This document shows, in pieces, positions 31,012 to 39,792 of a stretch of DNA of 64,000 nt (positions are counted from its first letter, which is position 1; every line of letters begins with the position of its first letter). Source of the stretch: an uncultured Planctomycetaceae bacterium (GTDB lineage: Bacteria > Planctomycetota > Planctomycetia > Planctomycetales > Planctomycetaceae). The notes beneath the pieces were generated by a model. That model had not been told where the DNA came from. It was given only the letters and a program-made list of their open reading frames with translations, and searched no databases. The DNA lies in NCBI GenBank assembly GCA_963976765.1, contig CAXBME010000007.1, positions 62,001-126,000 on the forward strand. The letters run 5' to 3'. Made by a program: the position numbers and the translations under genes.

Positions 31012-31101
31012 GTAGGCAGGAAAAGCTCTGCGCAGTTCCGGCAAATCGAAACGGTACTTGAGTTGTTTGCGCTGGAACTGCGCAGAGCTTGTTCCAGCTA
31101 C
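31012..31101. repeat. Inverted pair of GTAG-type REPs (REPIN-like)
   Basis: GTAGGCAGGAAAAGCTCTGCGCAGTTCCGGC ... GCTGGAACTGCGCAGAGCTTGTTCCAGCTAC. Perfect 17 bp inverted repeat at 31023-31039 / 31074-31090. Confidence 0.75.
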
Positions 31102-31270
31102 GATCTACGATCAGCAGTTTGCTTCAAAAGTGATGTGACGGGGCCACAAAGCTCCGACCGTACGGTCGGCGGGGGCCTGGCAGTCCAGTCACGAGTCTGC
31201 AGAATCCGTTGCAGCCTCGGCGCTTCGCGAAAGTGACAGTCAGTCAGTTGTCCGTGGTTGTTGTGAGCAG

Positions 31271-31686
31271 ACACTGATCGTACTGGTCACCCACGCGAAG
31301 CGCCGGGCCACCTGGATTGATCCTGCAGGGATCATGGATTGATGTTTTTATGCGTCGAAAAATCGACGGTGAATTGCTGTGGACGTTCCTTTCACGCAGC
31401 GGGGCGTACGGGCGACCGGCAATGCGGGCAGCATGTGTGGAGGTATGTCTCGCCCCAGCTCGCGGAAAAATACGGGCGGAACGATTATGTTGATGGCTTG
31501 TTTGAGGCAGGCTCCAGGCAGCATCGTGTCAGCATTGGCCGGCTCTACAGGCACGTCCGCAAGAGATTGCAGAGGTTTCCGTTCACCGGGTGTGCTGAGT
31601 TGAGGCTTTCCGGGAGTACCTCAAACATAGCACAAAAAATGGCGATGGCGTGAAATACCGCGTTGGGACGAGACTCTCAGTACCCG
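31271..31686 (-). ncRNA. Candidate structured non-coding RNA (long rod with central bubble plus a second multibranch domain)
   Basis: Manually traced nested helices (detailed in findings). Several positions are G-U pairs on the minus strand but A-C mismatches on plus. No convincing CDS here. Confidence 0.5.
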
Positions 31687-31755
31687 ACCTGACCGGATGA
31701 AACGGTTGGTCAGGTTCGCAGTGGAACGAGCGATTGCGCGAGTTGCTACAGCAGA

Positions 31756-31833
31756 GTGCGCCACTGGCTTTGCCAGTGCTTGTTCGAATCGGTGTCTGAG
31801 CGAGATTCCGCACTGGCAGAGCCAGCGACACAC
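31756..31833. repeat. Inverted pair of GCACTGGCA(A/G)AGCCAG-type palindromic repeats
   Basis: GTGCGCCACTGGCTTTGCCAGTGC (31756-31779) and GCACTGGCAGAGCCAGCGACACAC (31810-31833). Confidence 0.7.
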
Positions 31834-31863
31834 AGTCAAACGAGTTCTCTTGCAGATACACCG

Positions 31864-32487
31864 TTATCGCTGAAGGTGCTGCTCGATCCAGGCGACGAGT
31901 TCGCGAGCGATGTCCGCCTTTGCTCCGGTCAAATGCGAAAGCGTTTCTCCCGAATCGTCCAGGATCTGCACGTCGTTTGTGTCGGAGCCGATGGCCGTTG
32001 GATTGTTGAGTACGACGATGTCGCAATTCTTGGCTCGCAGTTTCTGCAGGGCGTTCTCGCGAGCGTTCTCGGCTTCGAGGGCAAAGCCGACCACCCAGTG
32101 ACCTTCTCGAGTACGACCAAGCTGTGCGAGCACATCGTCGGTTTCGATCAGTTCAATCGAGATCGGTTCACCGATCTTAGTCATCTTGCCGGGAGTTCGA
32201 ACGCGCGGCTTGTAGTCACAAACGGCGGCGGCTGCGATGACTCCGTCGCAGTGAGGAAAGGCTTCGATCGCTGCGTCCCGCATCTGCTCGGTCGTGATAA
32301 CGTATCGGACGTCGCAACCGGTTGGCGGTTTCAGATCGACCGGGCCTGTTACAAGCACAACCTGATGCCCGGCATCCAGCGCAGCCTGAGCGAGTGCGTA
32401 TCCCATCCTCCCGCTGCTGGCGTTTGACAGGTAACGCACATCGTCGAGGTATTCGCGAGTTGGTCCGGCAGTGATGAGGATTTTCAT
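31864..32487 (-). CDS. coaB: Phosphopantothenate-cysteine ligase (stand-alone CoaB)
   Basis: ILITAGPTREYLDDVRYLSNASSGRMG, AAAVCDY, VGFALE, KNCDIVVLN. Confidence 0.92.
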   Translation of the reverse strand: MKILITAGPTREYLDDVRYLSNASSGRMGYALAQAALDAGHQVVLVTGPVDLKPPTGCDVRYVITTEQMRDAAIEAFPHCDGVIAAAAVCDYKPRVRTPGKMTKIGEPISIELIETDDVLAQLGRTREGHWVVGFALEAENARENALQKLRAKNCDIVVLNNPTAIGSDTNDVQILDDSGETLSHLTGAKADIARELVAWIEQHLQR

Positions 32488-32526
32488 GAGCGGGATCGTA
32501 CGAAGAATGTTTGAGGCGACAACCGG

Positions 32527-32835
32527 TCAGCCCTCAGAATTCGAGACTGTTTCGACGTTCGATTCCGTCGCCGAATTCCGTTTGCGAAACCGCTGCCACG
32601 ACCAGAGGAAGAAATCGCCGAGCCCGGCGTACCGGTAGTCGCCGTCGACGTAATGCTCGATCACGTAAAAAGCGAAATAGTACGCTCGGGCAAAGCACCA
32701 GATGGACAGCCCGAGCAACGCGGCGGTTCGAAGCGATGGTGAGTCGACCGGAATCAATCCTGCAGCCATCGCCCCGCAAAGAACGAACAGGCCAGCTTTC
32801 ACATAGAGCAGTTTCGGGCTGGAGATGTCTGTCAT
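32527..32835 (-). CDS. Small membrane protein between coaC and coaB
   Basis: 102 aa, two TMs, RAYYFAFYVIEHYVD motif, GGAG RBS. Confidence 0.7.
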   Translation of the reverse strand: MTDISSPKLLYVKAGLFVLCGAMAAGLIPVDSPSLRTAALLGLSIWCFARAYYFAFYVIEHYVDGDYRYAGLGDFFLWSWQRFRKRNSATESNVETVSNSEG

Positions 32836-32863
32836 GATGATGTCTCCAGCCGTTGATCGACAA

Positions 32864-33439
32864 TCAAACGATCCGTTCGTCAGTTCTCAGCGATTCAAAA
32901 TGATTGCGGAGCTGCTCGAGGATGTCGGCGGGTTCGGCCATTCGTCCGGCGCCGATCTGGCCACAGCTCAGCCATCCGCTGCCGGGTTCGACGAAGTTCA
33001 AGCCGTCGTCTTTCAGCTGCTGGATATTTCGTTGTACCGACGGCTTGTTCCACATTTCGGTGTTCATGGCCGGGGCGACAAAAACCGGACAGGTCACCGT
33101 CAGGACAAGCGTCGACACCAGATCGTTCGCGTGACCGTGAGCGGCCTTTGCCAGGAAATCTGCAGTCGCGGGGGCGATGAGGTAAAGGTCGGCTCGTCGC
33201 GCGAGGCCGATGTGTTCGCCCTGTGGGTGCTCGACCGGTTCAAAGAGGTTTTGATACACGGGGCGGTTCGTGAGGGCTTCGAAAGTTGTCGGTCCAATGA
33301 ACTTTTTTGCGGCTTCTGTCATCGCGACGGTGACAGAAGCTCCGGCCTGCACGAGCTTGCTGGTCAGATCGGCAGTTTTGTACGCGGCGATTCCGCCCGT
33401 AACGCCGATCAGGATTTCGCGATTCTGGAAGATAGTCAC
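32864..33439 (-). CDS. coaC: Phosphopantothenoylcysteine decarboxylase (stand-alone CoaC flavoprotein)
   Basis: [54 protein letters not shown] start. Confidence 0.93.
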   Translation of the reverse strand: MTIFQNREILIGVTGGIAAYKTADLTSKLVQAGASVTVAMTEAAKKFIGPTTFEALTNRPVYQNLFEPVEHPQGEHIGLARRADLYLIAPATADFLAKAAHGHANDLVSTLVLTVTCPVFVAPAMNTEMWNKPSVQRNIQQLKDDGLNFVEPGSGWLSCGQIGAGRMAEPADILEQLRNHFESLRTDERIV

Positions 33440-33459
33440 GGCTGGGTCTCGGGTTCGAA

Positions 33460-34305
33460 TCAGGAGCCGGCACTTTGAAGCTCCGGCGCGGATGACTGCT
33501 CAACAGGAGCAGACAGTGTGATCGAATCGCCGGTTCGAATCACGCCTTCGTCGCCTCGATCCAGCAGAACCGTGTTTGTCGCCAGTCGGTAGTAGTGGTC
33601 AAACCGTTTAAGATTCGTCCATTCGGGGAGCATTGCTTTGCGGAGAGCTGCGTAGATAGTCGCAAAGGCCTGCGTTGTTTCGCCAGTAACCGGGTGCCGA
33701 GTGGGGACGGCGCATCGCTGGCACGGCTTCACGCCGCCAAAGGTCACGCCGCCAATCTGGAACGCATGCTGCTCGTGCTTGCTGGCAAATAATCGATCTT
33801 CCCAGAAAGCGGGTACGCCTGTGACTTCGATGTTTGTCCGGAATCGCCAGCGAGCCTGTTCGAGTGTCATTTCGGGAAACAAATCCGCGACGGCCTGCAA
33901 TGTTGCAACCGAGACAATCGTCGGGCCTCCAGCGTCAGGATCGTCAGGAAAGCCAGCACGAGGGTTGTCGACGATTCCAACCTGGCGATTCAGCAGGCAC
34001 GTTAAAAAGTCGCCGAGTGACTCGCGGTCATCGTCCAGGTGGAATATCCGGGCCGTGACGCTGTGCCCGGTCCAAATTTGGACGGACGGCACATTCAGAT
34101 CGAAGTCGGCGCGGATCTGGTGAAGTTCGGGCACTCGCTTGAGATTGACGTATTCACCACTCGGCTCGACCAGAGCAAGCCGGCGATCCCACCTGAGCGC
34201 GCCGGAATTCAGCACCGATGACGAAGCAACCGTCACGCCGGGAAACGACTTTATCGGATAAACATTGATTCGGGAGATCGTCCCGGTTTCCAGAACTTCT
34301 GACAC
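33460..34305 (-). CDS. MOSC domain protein
   Basis: [38 protein letters not shown]. Start approximate. Confidence 0.88.
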   Translation of the reverse strand: MSEVLETGTISRINVYPIKSFPGVTVASSSVLNSGALRWDRRLALVEPSGEYVNLKRVPELHQIRADFDLNVPSVQIWTGHSVTARIFHLDDDRESLGDFLTCLLNRQVGIVDNPRAGFPDDPDAGGPTIVSVATLQAVADLFPEMTLEQARWRFRTNIEVTGVPAFWEDRLFASKHEQHAFQIGGVTFGGVKPCQRCAVPTRHPVTGETTQAFATIYAALRKAMLPEWTNLKRFDHYYRLATNTVLLDRGDEGVIRTGDSITLSAPVEQSSAPELQSAGS

Positions 34306-34501
34306 TTTCGCTCCGCGAATCTCGGACTGTACGGCCCGCACAGTCTGCTTCTACCGCCGCCGGCAGGGTCCAGGCCGACCATTAAACTTTCATCACCGAC
34401 AATTGTCACGCGCGGGATTTGGTTCACAGCAATTTTGCGGAAAACCAACCAGCTCGCGCAGATGTTTGACCGGGCGATGCGATCCTCAGTAGATTCGCCT
34501 C

Positions 34502-36418
34502 ATGAACACAACAACCTCGCGAACCGCCTCTGTCTGGTCAGCGTTCTTCGCTGCCGTTCTTGCCGTTGCCCCTTCGCTCGTTGAACGATCCGAAGCATCC
34601 GACCGACCGAACGTCGTCTGGATCGTGTCTGAAGATAATTCGCACCACTACCTCAGGCATTTCTTCAAAGACGGAGCCCCGGCTCCGAACATCGAAGCGA
34701 TGGCGGCTCATGGTGTAACGTTTGATCATGCATTTTCGAATGCTCCGGTTTGCTCGGTCGCTCGATCGACTCTGGCGACCGGGTGCCTGGGACCTCGGAT
34801 CGGCACGCAGTTTCACCGCCGGCATACGCTGGCGACGTTGCCGGACGGTCTGAGAATGTTTTCTGAAGTTCTGCGAGACGCCGGCTACTACACATCGAAC
34901 AATTCCAAAACGGACTACAACGCGACCCCGTCGAAAGAGGCGTGGGACGAATCGTCCGGCTCGGCTAGCTGGCGAAAACGCAAGAGCGACGACCAGCCAT
35001 TCTTTCACATGGAATCGCACGCCCAGTCGCACGAAAGCTCACTGCACTTCAGTCAGCAGGTATTCGAAAACGAGAAGACGACCACTGATCCGGCGTCGGT
35101 CCAATTGGCCGACTACTTCCCGGACACTGAAAATTTCCGCTACACGCACGCCCGCTATCACGATCGCATGGGCGTGATCGACGAAATCGTCGGCAGCACC
35201 ATAGCCAGACTGAAAGAAGACGGACTTCTGGAAGACACTTTCGTCTTTTACTTCGGCGACCACGGCGGAGTGCTTCCGCGCGGCAAAGGCTACATCTACG
35301 AATCCGGTCTGCATGTGCCACTGGTTGTTCGCGTGCCTGAAAAATGGAAGCATCTTGTTGATCGAGAAATCGGCTCACGAGCTCAGGGCTTCGTCAGCTT
35401 TATCGATTTCGGACCGACCGTGCTGAATCTCGCCGGAGTTAAAGTGCCCGAGCAAATGGACGGCGTTCCGTTTCTCGGAGATGGCGTTTCCGCTTCAGAA
35501 GTCGAAGCCCGCGACGAGTCCTTCGGCTACGCCGACCGATTTGACGAGAAGTACGAGTTCATCCGCTCGCTGAGAAAAGGAAAGTTCCAGTACATCCGCT
35601 ACTTCCAGCCGTTTCTGCCCGACGGCCTGCAGAACAACTACCGTTACCGCATGCTGGCCTTCACCGAGTGGCGGAACCTGTACAACGCCGGCAAGCTGAG
35701 CGGTCCGCCGCTTCAGTTCTTCCAGGGCAAGCCTGTCGAACAACTCTTCGACGTTGAAGCCGACCCGCACGAAGTCAACAACCTGGCCGACGATCCCGCA
35801 CATGCTGGCGTGCTGAAAGATCTGCGAGCCCGACTGGCCAGCCAATTGCGGGCACTCCCTGACCTGAGCTTCTACCCGGAAAGTAAACTGGTCGAGATCA
35901 TGGACGACCCGGTCGGCTTCGGTCAGCAGCACAAAGCAGAGATCGCTCAAATGGCCGACATTCACGACCTCGCCCTGCTGCCATTTTCAGAAGCGAAAAC
36001 AAAACTTGCGGCCGCGTTGAAGTCCGAAAATGTTTGGCTCCGATATTCCGCGGCCATGACCTGCAGCGCGATCGGCAAAGAAGCCATCAGCCTCGCCGAA
36101 GAAGTCGCCGCACTCATCCACGACGAATCACTCGTCGTCCGAATCCGAGCCACTGAATTTCTCGGCCTCACCAGCAAGGTCAACCCACAGCCACTCCTGG
36201 CCGAAATCGTTAACCGAACGTCCGACCCGGTCGAGGCCGGCGAAGCATTGAACTCAATCGTCTACTTCCGAGATTGTCACCAACCGGCTTACCCCATCGA
36301 CGCATCAACGCTCAAACCGAAAACAAATGGCGACATCATTACCCGCCGCATCGACTACCTGAACGGCGAGCCGTACAGGACCAACAAACTCAAAAAGCCC
36401 GCCCGCAAGAAGAAATAG
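34502..36418 (+). CDS. Exported Cys-type sulfatase with C-terminal HEAT-like repeats
   Basis: RPNVVWIVSED, APVCSVARSTLATG, FGDHG, KGYIYESGLHVPL, DPHEVNNLA; helical tail with VWLRYSAA / LVVRIRATE. Confidence 0.9.
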   Translation: MNTTTSRTASVWSAFFAAVLAVAPSLVERSEASDRPNVVWIVSEDNSHHYLRHFFKDGAPAPNIEAMAAHGVTFDHAFSNAPVCSVARSTLATGCLGPRIGTQFHRRHTLATLPDGLRMFSEVLRDAGYYTSNNSKTDYNATPSKEAWDESSGSASWRKRKSDDQPFFHMESHAQSHESSLHFSQQVFENEKTTTDPASVQLADYFPDTENFRYTHARYHDRMGVIDEIVGSTIARLKEDGLLEDTFVFYFGDHGGVLPRGKGYIYESGLHVPLVVRVPEKWKHLVDREIGSRAQGFVSFIDFGPTVLNLAGVKVPEQMDGVPFLGDGVSASEVEARDESFGYADRFDEKYEFIRSLRKGKFQYIRYFQPFLPDGLQNNYRYRMLAFTEWRNLYNAGKLSGPPLQFFQGKPVEQLFDVEADPHEVNNLADDPAHAGVLKDLRARLASQLRALPDLSFYPESKLVEIMDDPVGFGQQHKAEIAQMADIHDLALLPFSEAKTKLAAALKSENVWLRYSAAMTCSAIGKEAISLAEEVAALIHDESLVVRIRATEFLGLTSKVNPQPLLAEIVNRTSDPVEAGEALNSIVYFRDCHQPAYPIDASTLKPKTNGDIITRRIDYLNGEPYRTNKLKKPARKKK

Positions 36419-36558
36419 CCACCTTTTTCAGGCTAATTCTGGCCCGGTGTGTTGGGTTTGCAGATCGCGACAAAATCGAGACATTCGCGACCTTGTGCGT
36501 GCGGTGGCTGGTTTTCCATGTATTCTGCTGACGTCTTTAGTGACGGGAGCACGGAATC

Positions 36559-39500
36559 ATGGCGGTTCAACAGGCAGCGTCGCGGTACTCAAAGTCTGAC
36601 GTCGAACGACTTCTGCCGAGGTGGCAATCAGAGCTGGGAGACACTCCTCGGCAGCGAATCCGGACGGTGGTCGAACTGCTGGACGAGTCCGGGCTGGGCA
36701 ATCTGGCGGAGTGCCACTCGGCAATCTTTCCCGACGCGAAAGATCCGAAGCCTGGTTTCAACAAGCTGATCGAACGGGCAAATGCCATCGCTCTGGACGC
36801 GGACGTCGATATCAAGCTGGTTGTTGACTCGCAGAAAAAGAACTCGACCAGTCAGCGGTACTGCTGGTTTGAGCCTCGCCGTTCAATTGCTGATCGGGCT
36901 GACGAGTTCACGCGTGAGGCGGTGAAGGCTTCGCCCGGCGAACCGCAGATTCTCTCGCATTTGCGAGCGACAAAGCCGACGCTCCGGTACTTTCTTTCTT
37001 ACGCTCACGAAAATCGCAGTCTTGTCGATCCGCTGATGAAGTTGCTGGAGACGCGTTTCAGCAACTCGCCGAACTTTGCGTTCACCAAATGGTGGGATGG
37101 GGACATCGAACTCGGCGAAGGCTGGAAAGAGGAAATCGACATGGCGCTGGCTGAGTGCCACTTCGGGCTGTTGCTGGTCAGCCCGGAATTCCTGGCCAGC
37201 TCCTTTATTACCGGGGAAGAGCTGCCGATCTTTGTGAGCGGTCAAAAACCCTGCATCCCGGTCGGCTTGTCGAGATTTGACTTCGAGGCGACTGACACCA
37301 AGGGGCTGACGCAGCGACAAATCTTTCTTCACCAGAGAAAAAGAAAAGCCAACACCTGGTTCGAGGAAAACCGGCAATCACCCAATGACAGCGACTTCGC
37401 GACCGAACTGGCGAAACGAATTGAAAGCCGGATCCGCAAGACCATCGAGCAGGGGCATATCAAACTGACCGATCCGGTGACGCCGGAAAGCGGTCTGGCT
37501 GCACTGCCCGAATCACAGGGTCAATCGGCTGACACAACGCTTGCCTCGAAAGAGTCGGGTGAGGAATTCGACGAGTTTCTGCGAAAGCAGGCACATGATC
37601 CTGACATCGGACATCTTGAAAGAAGCCGTGCTCAGAGAACCTCGCTGAAAGATGCGATCCCGGCTCCAAATGGTGAGCAGGTGGTCGCGATCGATTTTCT
37701 CAGCGACTGGGCCGACGACGAGAATGCTTCGCCGTACTTTGCTTTGCTGGGTGAATACGGAATCGGCAAGACGACCACGTTAAAACACTTTGCCCGGAAC
37801 ATGCTGGACCGTCGAAAAGACGACTCTGAAACCCGTCGGGTTATTTACCTGGACCTACGGAGAGTTCCGGGCAGTCTGATCGAGCAGCGCGGCGACCAGT
37901 TAACGCTGGAAGATATTCTCAGTTCGACGATCAAAGGCCAGTGGGACAGCGTTCAAACAACGTCGCTGACACCGGGCGATCTGATTCATCTGGTGCGGAA
38001 CGGTCGAGCGATCATCGTTTTCGACGGGCTGGACGAAGTGACGGTCAAGCTGTCGTCGAGCGACGCTCAGCAGTTCATTCGGCAATTGTGGAGCGTTCTG
38101 CCGCCGACGTTATTTCCTGATGATGCCTGGTTGGTATCAGACGGAAAGAAATCCACTAACGATCAATTGTGCCTCGGGCGGGTCGTGATTTCGTGCCGGT
38201 CTCATTACTTCAAGGATTTGCAGCAGCAGACGAATCTTCTGCTGGGTGAGCGGCGGGAGTCGGTGCGGGCCGAACATTACCAGGCGGCATTCATCCTGCC
38301 GTTTAACGACGAGCAGATCAGAAACTACCTCAAGCACACGATTGGCGAGGAGCATCTCGACCGTACGCTGGAGTTGATTTCGGAAGTTCACAATCTGAAG
38401 GAGCTGGCCGAACGGCCGTACCTGCTGAACCTGATCACCGGGCAACTCCCGCAGCTTGAGCGGATGAAGGCGGCAGGAGAAACGGTCAACGGAGCCACGC
38501 TTTACCGCACGATGACTCGCGAATGGATGGAGCGGGACGACGGCAAGCATCACATTCCTGAAGAAGACAAGCGGCTGATCATGGAGCAGTTGGCTCTGGA
38601 CATGTGGGTTGACGGCAACCGCTTCTGGAAATGGGAACGTCTTTATCAGTGGCTGCGTGATTTCTTCCGCGATCATCCGGAAGTTCGCCAGGCGTGTGGC
38701 AACGTTTCGAACGAGCTGCTGGAAGAAGACCTGCGTACGGCGACGTTTATTCTGCGGCCCGACGACGAGGAGCAGCGGTTCCGCTTTGCTCATACGTCGC
38801 TGCAGGAGTTCTTCCTGGCGAGCCGGTTGCATCGAGTGTTGCTGGAAGCGGGTCGGCTGAAGGCTACCGGTAAGCCCGCCGCAAAGATTAATGAGGTGCT
38901 GCACTGCTGGAACATTCCCGTCCCGTCTGTCGAGACGCTGGAGTTCCTGGGGCAACTGATCGAAACCGACGACGAGCAGCCTCGCACGGTGCAGGCACTG
39001 GCCACTTTGCTGGAAGGTTCGGTCGATGTCGAGCGGCCCGTCGATGAAAACGCCGAGCCGTCTTTCGGAAACGATCAGCCGTCGGCGGCGCTGGTGGCGT
39101 TTCGGTACTGGCTGCTGGCGGTCGAGAAGGGACTGCCGGAGCCAGCGAAGTGCCGAGTCTGTCTGTCCGGGCTGGACCTTTCCCATCTGGAAATCCGCGG
39201 TCGATCGACGACTCAGCGGTTGGCGCTGCGGGAGGCGGATTTCAGCCGCTGCAATCTGGTCAGCACGAAGTTTCGCAACGTCGATCTTTCCGGAGCCAGC
39301 CTCTCCGGTGTGCGGGGACAGTTTATTGAGTTTCTGGAGGTCGACGCGGCGGGTGCCAGGGTCCAGAACGCCAATCTTTCCGGTCTGCTGTGGCGAGGTG
39401 GCGATGCGGAAAACCTGTCCGGCGTGGATTCCGCAAAGTGGAGCGGCGCGAGCCTGATCGGGGTTGCTCATGTTGACGACTCATTCGCCAGTCGCGTGCG

Positions 39501-39645
39501 CGTTGTCAGTGTGCCGGCGGCTGCCGCACAGTCCCGCCCGTTGCCCGGTTCGGTCCAGGCCAGCCTGGCTCGCAGGACACACCAGCGTGGTCAGGTCGTG
39601 CGGTTTTTCGACGGACGGCCGAGCGATCGTCTCAGCGGGTTATGA
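36559..39645 (+). CDS. TIR-NACHT(STAND)-pentapeptide NLR-like protein (runs out of frame at the WD40 repeats)
   Basis: TIR: FLSYAH, WWDGDIELG, LLVSPEFLAS, GEELP. Walker A GEYGIGKTT, Walker B IIVFDGLDEV, sensor ISCRSHYF, winged helix FAHTSLQEFF, pentapeptides LREADFSRCNL...VDLSGASLSG. Confidence 0.88.
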   Translation: MAVQQAASRYSKSDVERLLPRWQSELGDTPRQRIRTVVELLDESGLGNLAECHSAIFPDAKDPKPGFNKLIERANAIALDADVDIKLVVDSQKKNSTSQRYCWFEPRRSIADRADEFTREAVKASPGEPQILSHLRATKPTLRYFLSYAHENRSLVDPLMKLLETRFSNSPNFAFTKWWDGDIELGEGWKEEIDMALAECHFGLLLVSPEFLASSFITGEELPIFVSGQKPCIPVGLSRFDFEATDTKGLTQRQIFLHQRKRKANTWFEENRQSPNDSDFATELAKRIESRIRKTIEQGHIKLTDPVTPESGLAALPESQGQSADTTLASKESGEEFDEFLRKQAHDPDIGHLERSRAQRTSLKDAIPAPNGEQVVAIDFLSDWADDENASPYFALLGEYGIGKTTTLKHFARNMLDRRKDDSETRRVIYLDLRRVPGSLIEQRGDQLTLEDILSSTIKGQWDSVQTTSLTPGDLIHLVRNGRAIIVFDGLDEVTVKLSSSDAQQFIRQLWSVLPPTLFPDDAWLVSDGKKSTNDQLCLGRVVISCRSHYFKDLQQQTNLLLGERRESVRAEHYQAAFILPFNDEQIRNYLKHTIGEEHLDRTLELISEVHNLKELAERPYLLNLITGQLPQLERMKAAGETVNGATLYRTMTREWMERDDGKHHIPEEDKRLIMEQLALDMWVDGNRFWKWERLYQWLRDFFRDHPEVRQACGNVSNELLEEDLRTATFILRPDDEEQRFRFAHTSLQEFFLASRLHRVLLEAGRLKATGKPAAKINEVLHCWNIPVPSVETLEFLGQLIETDDEQPRTVQALATLLEGSVDVERPVDENAEPSFGNDQPSAALVAFRYWLLAVEKGLPEPAKCRVCLSGLDLSHLEIRGRSTTQRLALREADFSRCNLVSTKFRNVDLSGASLSGVRGQFIEFLEVDAAGARVQNANLSGLLWRGGDAENLSGVDSAKWSGASLIGVAHVDDSFASRVRVVSVPAAAAQSRPLPGSVQASLARRTHQRGQVVRFFDGRPSDRLSGL

Positions 39646-39792
39646 CCAGACCGTGAGAGTCTGGGACGCCGAGTCAGGACAACTCCTCAGAACGCTCGCA
39701 GGACACACTGGCCGGGTCATGTCGTGCGGTTTTTCGACCGACGGCCGAGCGATCGTCTCAGCGGGTTATGACCAGACCGTGAGAGTCTGGGA
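39568..39792 (+). repeat. 126 bp-period tandem repeat encoding two WD40 units
   Basis: 39568-39666 vs 39694-39792 differ at 6 of 99 nt by manual comparison. Confidence 0.92.

Noticed and set aside
31240..31420. Resemblance to RNase P RNA (GGUCGC...AGGAACGUCC on the minus strand)
   Set aside because: Does not match GAGGAAAGUCC, has no ACAGAAxxCGGCUUA 3' element, and is too short for the S-domain.
31348..31554. 68 aa minus-strand ORF, plus other short ORFs in 30943-31839
   Set aside because: GTG start without a clear RBS and no motifs; the region is better explained by RNA structure and repeats. Not fully excluded.
33445..33470. GGTTCGAATC T-loop-like motifs (also near 33531 and 46819)
   Set aside because: No cloverleaf or acceptor stem, and they fall in or at the edge of coding sequence; not tRNAs.
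39568..39792. Possible CRISPR array or DGR template/variable repeat pair
   Set aside because: 126 bp coding period with no spacers or cas genes; differences are not adenine-specific and there is no reverse transcriptase in the window.
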